A stretch of DNA of 64,000 nt from Microbotryum violaceum (GCA_001244265.2 CDLV01000006.1:1488001-1552000), one strand, 5' to 3'; counted from the stretch's first letter, positions 13,533-26,800 are shown. Notes: generated from the letters alone by a model not told the origin. Numbers and translations: made by a program.

Positions 13533-15872
13533 ATGGCACGGAAACTCAAGTCTACCGAGGCGGCGTCGACCTCCAAACTCGACAAGCCTACACCAGCCCC
13601 TTCCACCGCGACCGCCACGGCTGGTCTTCTCTCGGACTCGGGCTCGGATTCGGACTCGGGTGCTGGCTCCTCCTCGTCTGCTTCATCCGCCTCGTCGAAG
13701 GGGAAGAAGAAGAAGGAGAACAAGTCCAAAGACCGACTCTCCCTCAACCAATCTTTTGCGACCTCGTACAAACTCAAGAAACAAACCGAAGAACTCTCGA
13801 AACTGCAAGACAAGTACGGTACCAAACTAGACCAACTCTCTTCCAACGACGAAGAAGACTCCGAAGCGTCGACGGTCTACAGCGATGATGATTCGGACGC
13901 CGAATTGGTCACGCCACAAGTGGACGTCGCTATTTTCAAGACGTTGGCCAAGATCAGGAACAAGGATCCCGAGGTGTACGAGCCGCAGAAGATGGTCTTT
14001 GCAGAGGAGGAGAAGGGTTTGGCTTCCACTTCGGGCACTGCATCGACAAAGCCCAAGACTTCTTCGAGCAAGCCCGTGCTGTTGAAGGATTACCAACTCC
14101 AGCGAATGCTCGCCGATCCTACGCATTCGCAAATCGACGACGAATCGATCCCGGACGCCTCGTTCCAACCCCCGACCTATGCCCAGCAGGAACAAGCGCT
14201 CAAGGAACAAGTCAAACAAGCATTTTTCCAAGCCAACGGTTCGGACGACCAAGACGACGGAGACGATGACGATGCTTTTTTGGTCAAGAGGACCCAGACC
14301 AAGGATGAGGCGCAAAAGGAACAAGACGAGTATACGCAGTTCCTCAAGACCAACTTGGGTGCTAAGGCAGTCAAGGAGGCGTTGCACGAAGAGGAGGAAT
14401 TCTTGAACGAGTCAGTCTGCACAGACTCGCTTTCTGGGAAACACTTGGAAGCTGACCCCAAGACCCGCTCCCTCCTCAGCTACCTGCTCCACCGAGGCTG
14501 GATCGATCTCAAAGCAAAAAAGAATCGCATCCCTTCCTACAAAGAAATTACCGGCTGCAACGACGACTTCGACGACGAGATCGAACACGTTCAATCGCTC
14601 GCCAAGGACGGCAAGAAAGCCCGTCAACTCTTGGCTGAATCCAGCAAAGCCGGGGCTCTCAAAGCTGAGAGAGCCGAAGGCGAGGAGGAGGAGGAGGATG
14701 AAACTCGTCTCGATCCAGGCTTGCACGATTCGTCCGATTCCGAATTCGAGGAGCAAGCCGAAGAGTTCGAACACAAGTACAACTTCCGCTTCGAAGAAGC
14801 CCAAGGTGCCGATCTGGTCACCCATTCCCGAACGGCCATGTCCTCCTTACGTAAACCGACAACAGCGACGACCGCGCGCCAAAGGGCTCGAGAGGCGGCT
14901 AAGGCTAAGAAGGAACAGGAAAAGTTGGAGAGGAAGGAGGAGGTGAGGAGGCTCAAGGCGTTGAAGAGGAAGGAGGTCGAGGCTAAATTGGCGAAGTTGA
15001 TCGAGGCGGCTGGGGAAGGGACCAAGGGATTGGATGCCATTGATTTGGAGGGCGATTGGGACGAGGCGGAACATGATCGGAAGATGCAGGAAATTTATGG
15101 GGAGGAATACGATCAGGGAGACGATGAGGGGTTCAAGCCGACATGGGACGACGATATCGACATCGGCGACATTGAAGAGGTCGGTGACGATGAGCTCGGA
15201 TTCGCCCATGACGGAGAGGACGGTGACGAGGCTATGGAGAGAGACTGCGACGAGGGCGAGGATGAAGATGGAGAGGATGGCGAAGGATCAGGCAACAAAA
15301 AGTCTAAACGCCAAGCACGAAGAGAAGCGCGCAAGAAGCGCAAGGGGCGTGACGAAGAAGGTTTGCCAGTCGAACTACTCGAAGCCGCACGACAAGGTGG
15401 TGACGAAGCACGGAAACGCGTGGTCGATGCCATGGTCGATGACTACTACGCCCTCGACTACGAGGACAAGGTCGGTGATATCGCCACTCGATTCAAGTAC
15501 GCCAAGGTCGAACCGACAGGCTATAACCTCACTGCAGAGGAAATCTTGCTTGCGACCGATGCGGAGTTGAATCAATTCATGAGTCTGAAGAAGTTGGCAC
15601 CTTATCGGAGGTCGGATGAGGAGAAGGTCAAGGCGTCCAAACAGAAGAAGAGGCTCAAGGAGTTGCGCGACTCGATCAAGGCTCGAAAGTGGGGAGACGA
15701 GTTGCCGGCAGATGGAGCTGAGCCGCCTAGGAAACGCAAGAAGCACAGCCAAGAGACCGGTGGTAGTACATCCAAGGAAGGTGGTGCCCCGAAGAAGAAG
15801 CGAGCGGGTAAGAGTGAGAGGAAGAGGAAGGGCAAGAGCGCTGGAACGAGTGAGGCAGGCGACGATGCATAG
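13533..15872 (+). CDS. KRI1: Kri1, Krr1-interacting 40S ribosome biogenesis factor
   Basis: 779-aa acidic/basic ORF with Kri1 motifs: IFKTLAKIRNKDPEVY, EEFEHKYNFRFEE, ERKEEVRRLKALKRKE, YYALDYED, FKYAKVEPTGYNLTAEEILLATDAELNQFMSLKKLAPYR. A probable 69-nt intron lies at 14411-14479. Confidence 0.95.
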   Translation: MARKLKSTEAASTSKLDKPTPAPSTATATAGLLSDSGSDSDSGAGSSSSASSASSKGKKKKENKSKDRLSLNQSFATSYKLKKQTEELSKLQDKYGTKLDQLSSNDEEDSEASTVYSDDDSDAELVTPQVDVAIFKTLAKIRNKDPEVYEPQKMVFAEEEKGLASTSGTASTKPKTSSSKPVLLKDYQLQRMLADPTHSQIDDESIPDASFQPPTYAQQEQALKEQVKQAFFQANGSDDQDDGDDDDAFLVKRTQTKDEAQKEQDEYTQFLKTNLGAKAVKEALHEEEEFLNESVCTDSLSGKHLEADPKTRSLLSYLLHRGWIDLKAKKNRIPSYKEITGCNDDFDDEIEHVQSLAKDGKKARQLLAESSKAGALKAERAEGEEEEEDETRLDPGLHDSSDSEFEEQAEEFEHKYNFRFEEAQGADLVTHSRTAMSSLRKPTTATTARQRAREAAKAKKEQEKLERKEEVRRLKALKRKEVEAKLAKLIEAAGEGTKGLDAIDLEGDWDEAEHDRKMQEIYGEEYDQGDDEGFKPTWDDDIDIGDIEEVGDDELGFAHDGEDGDEAMERDCDEGEDEDGEDGEGSGNKKSKRQARREARKKRKGRDEEGLPVELLEAARQGGDEARKRVVDAMVDDYYALDYEDKVGDIATRFKYAKVEPTGYNLTAEEILLATDAELNQFMSLKKLAPYRRSDEEKVKASKQKKRLKELRDSIKARKWGDELPADGAEPPRKRKKHSQETGGSTSKEGGAPKKKRAGKSERKRKGKSAGTSEAGDDA

Positions 15873-16050
15873 TAGGCGAGTGGGCTCGCTTGGGTGATCT
15901 CGTAATGCATATACGCAATAGCTGGCCTGGGTTGGCCTCTTTCCCCAATACGCCTTGATCAACAACATCCATATCTTTTACAAGCCAAAGGAATACAGCA
16001 CGATTAAAGAAGCACCAATCCCCAAAATACCTCATCGAAAAGCGCCGCCA

Positions 16051-17391
16051 TTAGTTCGCCAGAGCTTTTGCCCTCCTCTGCTTCATCAAATACCTCGCGA
16101 CCAACACGATGACTAACTCGATCCTCTCCTTGACGACGAGCTTGACCCCCTCGGACAAGAACGCCTTGGCAATTTGTCCTTCGAGTCCTTGGTACATCCC
16201 AAAGAGACCGTACCTCTTGATCGTCTTGCTGAAGACGTCAAAGTTGGATTTGTATAGCCTTCGGCCGGAGGGAGACTTGAACTGCAATCGGGTCTGTTCG
16301 CGCAAAATCCATGTTATCAGCCTCAACTTTCAGCGTAGGTATCCTCCAACTGAAAAGGTGAGGACTACTGACCTTCGCAAGAATGAGAGGATAAGTGATC
16401 GCACTCGCTCCGGAGCTCGCAAAGGCCCCTGCCAAGAATGTCTGCAGCAACACTGGGTGGTCGCCCATGCGTAACATTCTCCTGATCAATTCAAAGACAT
16501 ATGTCGTAATTGCCGGGTTGGTTGTCAAGATGATAGAGTTTTGGAAACCGGACCAAAGACCGAGAATGCCCTTTTCGGCTATAATGTCTTGCGCAACGGA
16601 GATCATCGAAGGACTGGAGCCATAGCCCGAGTCGTCCTCGTCGGAGGAATCTGAATCGGCACCATTGCTAGGCTTCGTGCCCAACTTGCTGTCCTTTAAA
16701 GGTGCTTGCGACGATACGCCCTTGTTGGTCGAGGTCTGTTGGCGCACGGTGATGATGGACAAGGGCGAAGTAATGGCTTTGGCGACGACGGCGGCGAGAC
16801 AGCCGACAAAGATTTCTTCGAATGCCGAGAGGATTGGGGCTTTGCTCTTCTTGCTTGGGGAAGATGGGACGGTCGATTTGAGTTTGTATGCTTCCGCTTT
16901 GGCGTGCAAGAAGGCGTGGGAAAAGTAGTCTGTGGATGGGGAGATGTGGGTAGTGGAGGGCCGGCGAGTGGGTCAGCACCCAAGGCCGACTCGGAGGCGT
17001 CTGATGAGACCTCGAGCGCTCGGAACTAGACACAGTCTAATGGAACTCACAAAGAAAGTTGGACAAGGCAGTCGAGATGGAATCCGAAGCCAGTCCAGCA
17101 TACAGAGATGTCCACCCTTCCCGTCTGACGATACTCTTGAGCGCGGATAGGAGCGTGTATTGCTGAGCGCTGCCTGTGAGGTTCACCCCGTCGTGCGCCG
17201 GACAGGTAGATACACCTGATCAGTACTGAAATCACTTTCCTACGCAATAAGCGGGGCTGCCCACCTTTTCCACGTTTTGCAGTCTGCAGACGGGTGACCA
17301 GGACGTCCAAGGGGTACGCGAGGCTGTTTGAGATCGCCGCGCCAATCGCGCCACCGGTCGCTTGCGCCAAGGGACTCAGATCAGACGACAT
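16051..17391 (-). CDS. ANT1: Mitochondrial carrier family protein, peroxisomal adenine nucleotide transporter Ant1-like, multi-exon
   Basis: MCF signatures YPLDVLVTRLQT, SPLSIITVRQQT and YPLILAKTRLQ. Also GLWSGFQNSIILTTNPAIT and MYQGLEGQIAKAFLSEG, typical of the Ant1/PMP34 group. Confidence 0.85.
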
Positions 17392-17803
17392 GTCTGATCT
17401 ACAGATGGTGCAGATGCGGGGAAAAAAGTTGGAGCACAAGTAATGATCGCCGGAGCCCTTGAGGTGAGACGAGATTGGGGGCTGCGCTTGGACGTGAAAG
17501 AAGGCAACGAAACGGCACCGATCGCGTCGGCGCTACGGTAATCCGGGACCAGCGCCTGGCAGATTCCAGATTACAAATGACGTCAAGCCTGCCAGCGCCC
17601 GCGCCGGGCAAATAAGAAAGCCGTTGGACCGGAGCTGGCACAATAGCGCTCGCGAGGCCCATCGCTCCCGCGGAACACGAAGTACTTGTCACAGGTGCAA
17701 GAGGTGAAAGATGTTATTCTCATTCATTCTACTCGTACATCGTCTACTATACGTGACCAAAGGTCCGTTTATGTCTTTTCTTCATTCCTGCGAGAACCCT
17801 TGA

Positions 17804-20742
17804 TTAAAGACTTTGTCGAGCTTCTATTTTCGAAGAAGCAGGCAATCCGGTGACAGAACCTTGCAACATCTGCGACGCGACCAGTTGCGAGAAACGAGTC
17901 CCCGATCTTGTTAGTTCTTCATATGTGCCTTGTTCAACAACGACGCCATTGTCCATCAGCACGACGCGGTCCGCCGTCCTAAGTGTCGAAAGTCTGCAAG
18001 GTCAAACTCGAATGTCAGTCTAGAAAGCCTTTGAATGAGGCGGCAAGTCCACTCACCGATGAGCGATCAGGATCGTGGTCAAAGAATGACTGGACGAGAT
18101 GTTCGAGATGGCCATGTTGACCAGCGACTCGCTCGCAGCATCAAGAGCCGATGTTGCCCTGCGCACCAGAACCATTCCAAGATAGCATCAGCGTCCAACA
18201 CAAAATATGCAATTTCTGACTACGATCCACTCACTCGTCACAGACCAAGATCTTGGGCTTTTGCAACAAAGCCCTCGCAATCGCCAGCCTCTGCCTCTGT
18301 CCGCCGGACAACTGCGCACCCCTAGCACCAACGAGCGTGTCAAATCCCCTCGGCAACGCTTCAATAAATCCACAGTTAGCCAACTTGGCCGCCTCCTTGA
18401 TCTCGGCCCTTGAAGCGTTCGGTCGACCATACGCAATGTTCTCAGCAATCGTCGACGAGAAGAGCGCAGGATCCTGAGGGACGATCGCGATACGTTGTCG
18501 CCACGATTCGACAGTGAAGTCGCGGATGTTGTCCTCGCCGTAGACGACGCGACCTTGCGAGGGGTCGTAGTATCGAACGAGGAGGTTCGCAAGCGTCGAC
18601 TTGCCCGATCCGGATCCACCGGCGATCGAGACGATCTGTCCAGGTTCGATCGTCAAGTTGACACCTTTCAGAATATCGGCCTGGGGTCGCGAGGGGTACG
18701 CAAAGTGGACGTCGTCAAAGATGATGCGGCGGGGTGGGGTCGTGACGGGTAAAGGCTTGCCGACACCGAGCGTGACCGAAATAGGACGAGCGTCGAGAAG
18801 TTCAAAGATGCGTGACGAGGCTCCAAGGCCCTTCATGATGGTGCCAAAGAAAGAAGTCAACCCAAATAGGGACGAGCCGATGCTGAGCGAAGGGAACGCG
18901 CTCAATCAGCGAGAGATAATCCTGCGGAAACCAAGGGTACCACACACTCACTAAAAGGTGTAGACCATCAGCGACGTCAACTGTCCCGTCGTCAACGCGC
19001 CCTTGGCAACGAGCGTTCCACCGTACGTGAGCAATGCGATCAATGACAAGTTGCCCGCGAATCCAGCACCACCGTAGAACAAACCCGAAGCGAACGCTTC
19101 CTTCTTGGCGAGACCAAAGATCTTGTCGACCTTTTCCGAGAAACGTTGCGTCTCGAGAGGCTCGACGGCGTTGAATGCTTGGACGGTTCGGATCGAGGCC
19201 AATCGCTCCTCCGAGACGGCGACCATCTCACCGACGGCTGTCAAGAATTTGAACTGATGAGCTCAAGAACAAGAAACCCGTTCAACGCCACTGAGACTCA
19301 CCTTGTTGAGTGCGCCTAGACAATTTCTTGAGGTATCGTCCGTAGAACACCGCGGCGATCGAAATAGGAGGAACTAAACGTATACAGGCGGGTCAGTATT
19401 CGAACCCACCCATGCTCCCAGGTTTTCGGCGCTTACCAATGAGCATCATCACCGCTGTCAGCTTTGCGCTTATCCAAAGCATCGCTCCAATTCCGACCGT
19501 GGCCGTGACCAGAGCCCGAAGTCCTTCGCTCAATTCCCTCGTTAGAGATTCACCCACGATGCCGCAGTCTGAGCCGAGACGTGAGATGATGTCGCCTGTC
19601 GATCGAACGCCAGTCTGAGGAACTTGATGCTCGACGACCTTGGGTGGCTTGGCGGTGGTGACTCCCGCTGAGGATTTGGACGACGGTGCCTCGGCGGGGA
19701 CGGCGAGTTCGGCGGTTTGGATCTTGGCTGCACCTTGCAAGTCGTGCCATCCAATGTCCTGTACGTAGTTCGAGATTGAGTTTAGTGGTCATACCCTCTC
19801 TCAATATGCATTAAATTATATGCATTAAAACACGCCTGTTTCAATACGTTCGTGTAAGCCGCCTCGCGTAACCGAGCAACGATCCTCTGACCCGAGATGC
19901 GCATCAGAATTGTGCGGCCCATGTCTGCGCGCCCATAACAACAAATAGTGAGCACAGATTCACATCAACCCGCATTCGTCTGTGACGCACTGGCTGAAGC
20001 ACCGATCGCGAAAAAGAGGGCCATCAATGCCGCCGCAGTCGGGACCGATATGGGCAAACCTTGCGGTGCGGTGCCGGAGAAAAGATCGATTATCCTTCCG
20101 ATCGTGAACGGGATCGATAAAGAGACCGAGCTCGATACGAATAGCTGTATGAGAAAGACCACGATCCCTGATCAGCTGTGCACGAAGGTGCCTCCTTGCC
20201 CCAACAAACTTCTCCCCCAAAGCGCTGGGCAGACTGACCAATCCAATCGCGATCGCGATCGTCTTCCTCTCCGGTCTGGCCAAGATCATCAACCGCCTGA
20301 TCTCGCCAATCTTGATCTTTTCCGCCGGTTTCTTGGCCAGATCGGATGCACTAGCTTCCTCCTCTTCGAGCGAATCCTTGTCCTTGTTCGAAGTGGCGGT
20401 GGCTGTCGAGCTCGTCGCCAGACCGGGGGTGGTGGAAGCGTACCGTATCCGTTGGGCCAAAGAACAAGTCAGACTCCGTAATGGCACATCGATCGAGGAC
20501 AATGTGGTCATTGTCGGTCGTCGCGAGCCCACGCCGACGATCAAACTCGATGAGCCAGCACGTCCCGATCGAGCATCGGAGGCAGAGCAAGTCCCATAGC
20601 TCCTCGAAGGGCACTGGAACCGATCCACAGCTCTCGAGTGCGTCGATACAGCCGTGAATGGTATCGTTTTTTCTGAGCATGTTGTTGTGCTGAAACGAGA
20701 AGCGACGCACCGCCATGCCGAAACAGCGCTTGGCCTCGACAT
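17804..20742 (-). CDS. MDL1: Mitochondrial ABCB half-transporter (Mdl1/Mdl2-like), multi-exon
   Basis: Presequence-like N-terminus and TMD (LARPERKTIA, TGDIISRLGSD), Walker A GGSGSGKST, signature LSGGQRQRLAIARAL, Walker B ILVCDE. Stop TAA at 17804-17806. Confidence 0.88.
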
Positions 20743-21134
20743 GCTTCGATCGCGCCTCGCGACGGCTCGCGGAGTGCCTTGAGGGACCCGCTGGGCTGTA
20801 GGATGAGGAGGAGGCTACACCTCGTGGGCAAGATCAATCCGTCTTGAAGGTTGTTCCTTTCCCGGCCTCTGACAACAAGTGAGAGTAGGCAAGGCGAGGT
20901 CGCGGATAGCTTTGTCAAGAGTCAGCACGGAGAGCTGCCAGCGGCGACGATCGCGCTGCGTCATCCGGCAAAGCCTTCCCGCCATCGAATCATTTCGGCT
21001 CGTTCTTCTCATTCGAATTGCATTGCTTGAAGAGGAGGCTCCGAAACAGAGCTCCGACATTTCAGCAAAGAGTCTACTAAGTTCTACCAAGCTACATCTT
21101 TCGAGATTCTCGAAGGGGGAGTTACCGACGGCCC

Positions 21135-22723
21135 TTAAGCGCCAAACTTGAAGGTGACTTTCTGAGCCGAATTCTTCCCCTCCTTGAGCAAATTCATCCC
21201 CTCGTTGACTTTGGCCAAACCGCCTTCTTGGCGCCACAGAGGGTTGGTCTTGAGTTTTCCCGATTCGATCAAAGAAGGAACATACTCTGACCATTCCTCG
21301 ATCGCCTTCTTATCCTTGGGCATGGCAGGGAAGAATGCTTTCCCAGCAAAATTGAACTCTTTCCCGAGAACCGTGTCTAGTACAGTCCCACGACTTCCCA
21401 AGCATCAGTTCAACCGCCTCTTCTCCCACGCGTGTCAAAATCGACTCACAGACGAGGGTATGCTCAATCTTGACATTAGGGTAGTTGTCCAAGCCCTCAT
21501 CTGAAGGAGGCAACAAGACGACGACATGACCCTTGTCCTTAAAGCTCTGCGCCGTCTTGAGCGTCGTCCCTTTCTCCGAGATCGTATCCAACGCCAAAGC
21601 CAACTCGGGGAATTCGTGCCGAATCTTGCTCGGCGTCGCATCGTCGGCGTAGTCGAACACCGCCGAGGCACCATACTTCTTGACGAGGTCATAGTTCTTA
21701 GGCGAGGAGGTGGCGACGACCCTGTACCCGGCTAGAGCGGCGAGTTGGACGGCGTACAAGCCGACCGAGGTTGACCCGCCCCATACGAGCAAGGGCTGGG
21801 AGGTCGAGATGGGCTTGGACGGTTGAGGAATACCGAGGCGAAGATCCAGAGCCTGGAAAGCAGTGTCTGCGAGGTCGCCGCCAACATTTCAGCCCTCCTC
21901 CCGATGAATAGGCTGAAGTGGCGGATGCTCTTACGAGGCGCGATCCCACCAAGGGCTGCGGCTTCCTCCGCATCGACCGAGTCGGGAACCTTCCACACAA
22001 GCGTCGCCTCCGTCTTGAGGTATTCTATGGTGTCGAATGCTATACAATGCTCAACACAGAAGACGAACAAACGACTATCAATCAACCTGAAGCCGTGGAC
22101 TGACCTGCGAAGGAACCGTGTTTCTCGTCCTTGCCGCCATGGATGAAGCCAGCGACGCGATCGCCTTCCTTGACGTTCTGGACCCCCTGTCCTAGTTGGA
22201 CGACGCGACCGCAAAAGTCGCAGCCGAGGCCGGCGCCGGGGGGCGAGACAAAGTCGCGGTGCTTCCAGTCTGGTTTCAAAGGGAAACAATTCGGACCGAA
22301 AGTCAGGCTCGAACGGACGTTGACGATGATAACATATTAGCGTGGCGGGCACTGCTCGATGAGCCACGGCCATCAGCAGGCCAGCAAAGGCCGGGCCGCC
22401 GCGCAAGAATGACGATTGATGACGAAATACCTGGGCGGGGCCCACGGAAACCGCGACGGAGACGACCCCTTGCCACCACCGAAGCGTACGCCGCTGATCT
22501 CACTTACCAGTAGGATTGAGTGCAACAGCTTCGACCTGAGAGCATACAATCACGAAACGTCAGCCTGAGCATCGAGAAGGAGGAGGAGGCGCTCGTTGTA
22601 GCTGCTCATCCCCACCTTGACCACGATCTCGCCTTGGCCGGCTTGAGGGGTGTCAACGGTCTGCACGGCGACCTTGCCCTGATCCACGACGATGAGTGCT
22701 TGCGATTGGGTAGGGATGGACAT
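21135..22723 (-). CDS. Zinc-independent MDR oxidoreductase (trans-enoyl reductase/YNL134C-like), multi-exon
   Basis: Exons give VEAVALNPTDWKH, GLGCDFCGRVV, GDRVAGFIHGG, LVWGGSTSVGLYAVQLA (NADPH-binding) and KEGKNSAQKVTF. Confidence 0.88.
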
Positions 22724-23023
22724 GATGAGATGTGAGTGGGAGATAGGCGCGAAAAAGAAAGAGAGGACGGTGGTAACATCGAAGCTAACAGAGGGGCTAT
22801 CTTGAGTCGGCGCCTGTCGGTCTTACGAAGTGCGCATGCGGGGGAATTTGTAAGCTTTGCTAAGTCGATCGCGCGAGATCGCGCGCGGGCCGCGCTAAGC
22901 TCTGCCCAGCTGCGACGCCTGCTGGATGACTATCCACTTGTCCCACCCGAGCTGGGTCTTGTCCAGCATCGCTAGCCCCCTTTCGTAAGCCACATACCCC
23001 GGGACCAGGAACACGCCTCCGCC

Positions 23024-23785
23024 ATGTCGTGCCAAGACTGCGATAACAAGGATGCCGTCACCTCGTCCGCCTCCACTTCCGCGGATACCCCAACCTCCAT
23101 GGCATTGTTGGACCCGACCCAATTCGTACCCCCTACACCATCCTCCTCCCTTCCCCGTATCCTGATCGAGTTTTGTGATCGATGTACGTCAACCCACTGC
23201 GCAAGAGCGTCTTCTTGATCGCACCAGGCATCTTATCCCTGATCCACCCCACTTCGTTCGCCCACCCTCTTCCTCAGGTCGATGGCTCCACCGAGCAACC
23301 TGGGTCCAAACCGAGTTATTCCTCACCTTTCCCACTACATCCGAAACAGGTATCCGAGCCATCGTTTTGGTCCCTCGGACGAGTCCTGAAACGGGTGGGA
23401 GGTTTAGGGTGTGGATTTATAGAGAGGGGACGCAGGGTAAGGCCGACTTGGTGTGGGACAGGAAGATTGAAGGAGGCTTTCCGGAGCTCAAGGTTTTGGT
23501 GAGTATGGGTTCAAGGAACTTAGAAGGCTGTGCGGTTGTGAGGAGCTGACGGGAACTTCTCGATGGGGACAGAAACAACGCGTGAGAGACCTGATCGCAC
23601 CACAGCAGGGGCTCGGTCATTCCGACCACCATAAAAAGAGCAAATCCGAGTCCGAGGGCGAACCACCCGAGCTGCCAGAGAAGGACAACGAGCCAATACC
23701 AGCGAAGGAGAACGAGCCGGAACAGGAGAACGAGCAAGAACAGAAGCCAGCAGTCGATGATTACACACCCCGGTTCAGGTGTTGA
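23024..23785 (+). CDS. Rdx family (SelW/SelT/SelH-like) thioredoxin-fold protein, Cys-containing, multi-exon
   Basis: Spliced IEFCDRCRWLHRATWVQTELFLTF...GGRFRVW...WDRKIEGGFPELKVL|KQRVRDLIAPQQGLGHSD, the fungal Rdx pattern. Confidence 0.9.
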
Positions 23786-23886
23786 TGGCTTGTATGATAT
23801 AGGGTAATGATGTCAATGCAATGCGTTTGCGTGAGTACTCAATGAAGTCACAAAAATGATATCAGGGAAGAACGAAACTTGGGAGT

Positions 23887-26800
23887 TCAGGGTCGGAAGT
23901 CTTGTTCATCGACAAGAGCTTCGGCATCGACACACTCCTCGATCCACGCAGTCGTGACCAAGTGGCGATAACGGGGTCTGTGGTGTTAGGAATGAGAGGC
24001 TCAGCTCAAGCTACATGTCGGTTTGAGCCTTGCCGAGACTCACTCGGAGGTGCGATCGATCATTTCACTGATGCGATCCTTGATCTTGGCATCCAAGATG
24101 ATGTGGGTCAACTCTGGATCACGGAGGTCGTCCGTGGTGCGGCCCCTGTTTCCGGTCCAAACTGTATGGTTCGATGGGTAATACTCTCAGCTCCAATCAT
24201 CACGAAAGGTGTGAGGCTTGCCGCGCAAACCGCACTTACGCTTCTGGACTTTCGTCAGTCCTTCATCCGCCGTGGTCTGCGAAGCTCCGACCTTCTGAGA
24301 CGCCGACAGATTGTTGTCCATCGCGTTCGACGACGTGTCAAAGTAAGCGACGTATTGGCCAAAGAGCGAGTCAGGGTCGTAATGCGCCTCCCCCAGCTCA
24401 TCCGCGCCGTTTGACTGCCTCGCCGAAGCCGGGGGAGAACCCGACTCGGCCTTTGGCTTGTCATCCTCCTTCTCCTCCTTTACCTCCTTTTCATCTTCAT
24501 TGTCATCATCATCCGGCTCGTCATGAATCCCATCCTGAAAACGATCCTCTCCGTTCGAATCATCCGAATCCTCATCCGAGTCGGCCATCTCATGCTGCAT
24601 CGCCGTGAAATTCGATTCCTCCTCTTCCTCCTCTTGCTTGGGGCTCGGCATTTCCACCACCTTTGAAGAAGCCGAAGGCAACACCGACGCAGCCGGGGAC
24701 GGAGATGGAGAGAAAATTCTTGGTGCCGAGCCTTTCCTCAGCATCTCGTCACGCTGATCAAGGGCGGCGAGGGTGATGTGTGTCGATTCTAGGCAATTGA
24801 CGTAATACTTGGACGTCAACGTCATACGCTCGCCCGCTTCGATCGAATCGAGGATCCATTGCGGACTGATAGTGTCGTAGTCCTTGGCGGCTTGCATGCG
24901 AGTTAACGCGTTCTTCCACTCTGTTCCGACGATCAGTCGTTCCTCGACGCCATCGACTCCGGCGAGTGCGCTCGGGGCTTGACGAAACTCGCCTCCGTGT
25001 GCCTTGATCTTGGCATGCATTTCGCCGCGATCGAAATGGCGCATGTGGTGAACGTAAAAGACCATGCCCTTGAACAGTTCGTCGACCTTCTCCACTTTCA
25101 CCACGGCCATCATCCCCGTCGGTTTCGTCGTCCTCGTCGTCTTGCGCTTCTTCCCCTCCGAGGTGAACTGGCTGTCTTGACTTCGCTTGGTCGAGCCAGC
25201 TTGCATTTCTTCGAGTTCGGAAAGGGTTGCGCTGTCGGTCCAGTCCTTGTCGTCGCGCACTCCCATGCAGCGTGGGAAGCGCAGAGTCCACCCGGCGCCG
25301 TAGTCCTTGCCGAGGACGACCTCTGCAGCTTTGACGGTGACAACGAACGAACTGCGGGGCGCTCGGAGTCAGTCAGTGATCAACAGGCATATATCTTGAA
25401 CTCCGAGAGCATGCATACTCTTTGGGGTGGATCAACTGATCAGGCGCCTCGGAGTTGGTCGAAAACCAATCGGGCAACTTGCGACGGTTGTAGTCGAACC
25501 ACTTCCCTTGCGTCTGATCCCTGATACTCTGGAACAAATCGCGATTGAACCCGGTTCCGACCTTGGCGAAAGATCTGAAATACGGCTTGCCATCTTCCTC
25601 CCGCGAATCATCCCGCACACCGAGCATGAAGCTCGCATGTGTACCCCCTCGGCGCCCTTGACCCCAGTACGCGCCCACGACGAGCGCATCCAGGTCGGTG
25701 CCCAGCTGATCCATGTAGTCGGGTTTGATTTTCAGCCACGTCAACTCGCGGCCACCAAGCTGGTAGATCGAGTAAGGATTCTTGACGACCATTCCTTCTC
25801 CTCGCTCTTCGAGCATGACTTTGAGGAAATCCGAAATCTCTTCAGCAGTCGAGATCTTCTTCACCTCGGCAATCTCAAGCACGCCCGGCACAGGGGCTTG
25901 GATGACCTTGTGGATCAAAGCCTTGCGTTTCCACAGCGCGGTCTTGAGCAGAGATTGGCATCCTTTTGGGGTCCTGATGTAGAGCACGTCAAAGACCTTG
26001 AGGCAAGGGCGAGGATCGTCCGGTCCAAAGGACGTCTTGGCGGCGAACGACTTGAGCTGACCAAAGGGGACGTAGACCGAGTTCTGAGGATCCCACACGA
26101 GCATCTCGGCATCCAGAACAGCTTCTAGGACGTCTGGGTTGAATTTTTCATGAATGAACGGCGTTATTGACCCCTCTCGCGGATTCTGACCGTAGAGATG
26201 GGTGTAGTCCGTCGATTTCCTGGTCGAGAATCCACACGATGATTAGTGCTCTGATCTTCAGCAAGGGAGTAAATTATTGCACACCTCGAGTAATACGTAT
26301 ACATGTCACCTTTTTTGTGAACCTGGATGCGCTCGCCATCAAACTTTTCCTCAATCAAGAACTCCTTGGGCTTGCACCAGTACTTCATCTCCGTCGAACC
26401 CTTGGGCTCCTCAGGCGAGGCCGGTCGATCGGCGCGCATCTTCTGAACCACGCTGTCAAAGCCCGATTTGAGCAAGCGTCCACATAGCATGGGTGAAAAG
26501 ACTCGGCCGACCGTCATTTCCTTGTGCTGAGTGAAAGGGGAGCGAGGTGTGACCGTCAGGTTAAGGACCTTGTGTGCCCTGCGGCGTCTGCGCGGAAAAC
26601 CTGGCAACGCACTTCTGATTCGAGTCGCTTGTTGGGGTCGTGAAGCTCCCAGCACACGCGCAAGATGTCGGAACAAGTGTTGAAGAGGCTAGTGAGGATG
26701 TCCCGTGATCAGTAGTGCAACATCTATGTGGGCTTAAGCGATAATGCGGTCAGGCACGTACTCCACTGCATCGGGATGCATCGCCCCAAGCACGACCCGC

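Noticed and set aside
19804-19829. Duplicated atatgcattaaa in an MDL1 intron
   Set aside because: A short AT-rich slippage or footprint with no evidence of function.
23173-23282. Possible selenoprotein (SelW-like family)
   Set aside because: The spliced motif is TGT GAT CGA T|GT = CDRC with no in-frame TGA, so it is a Cys homologue.
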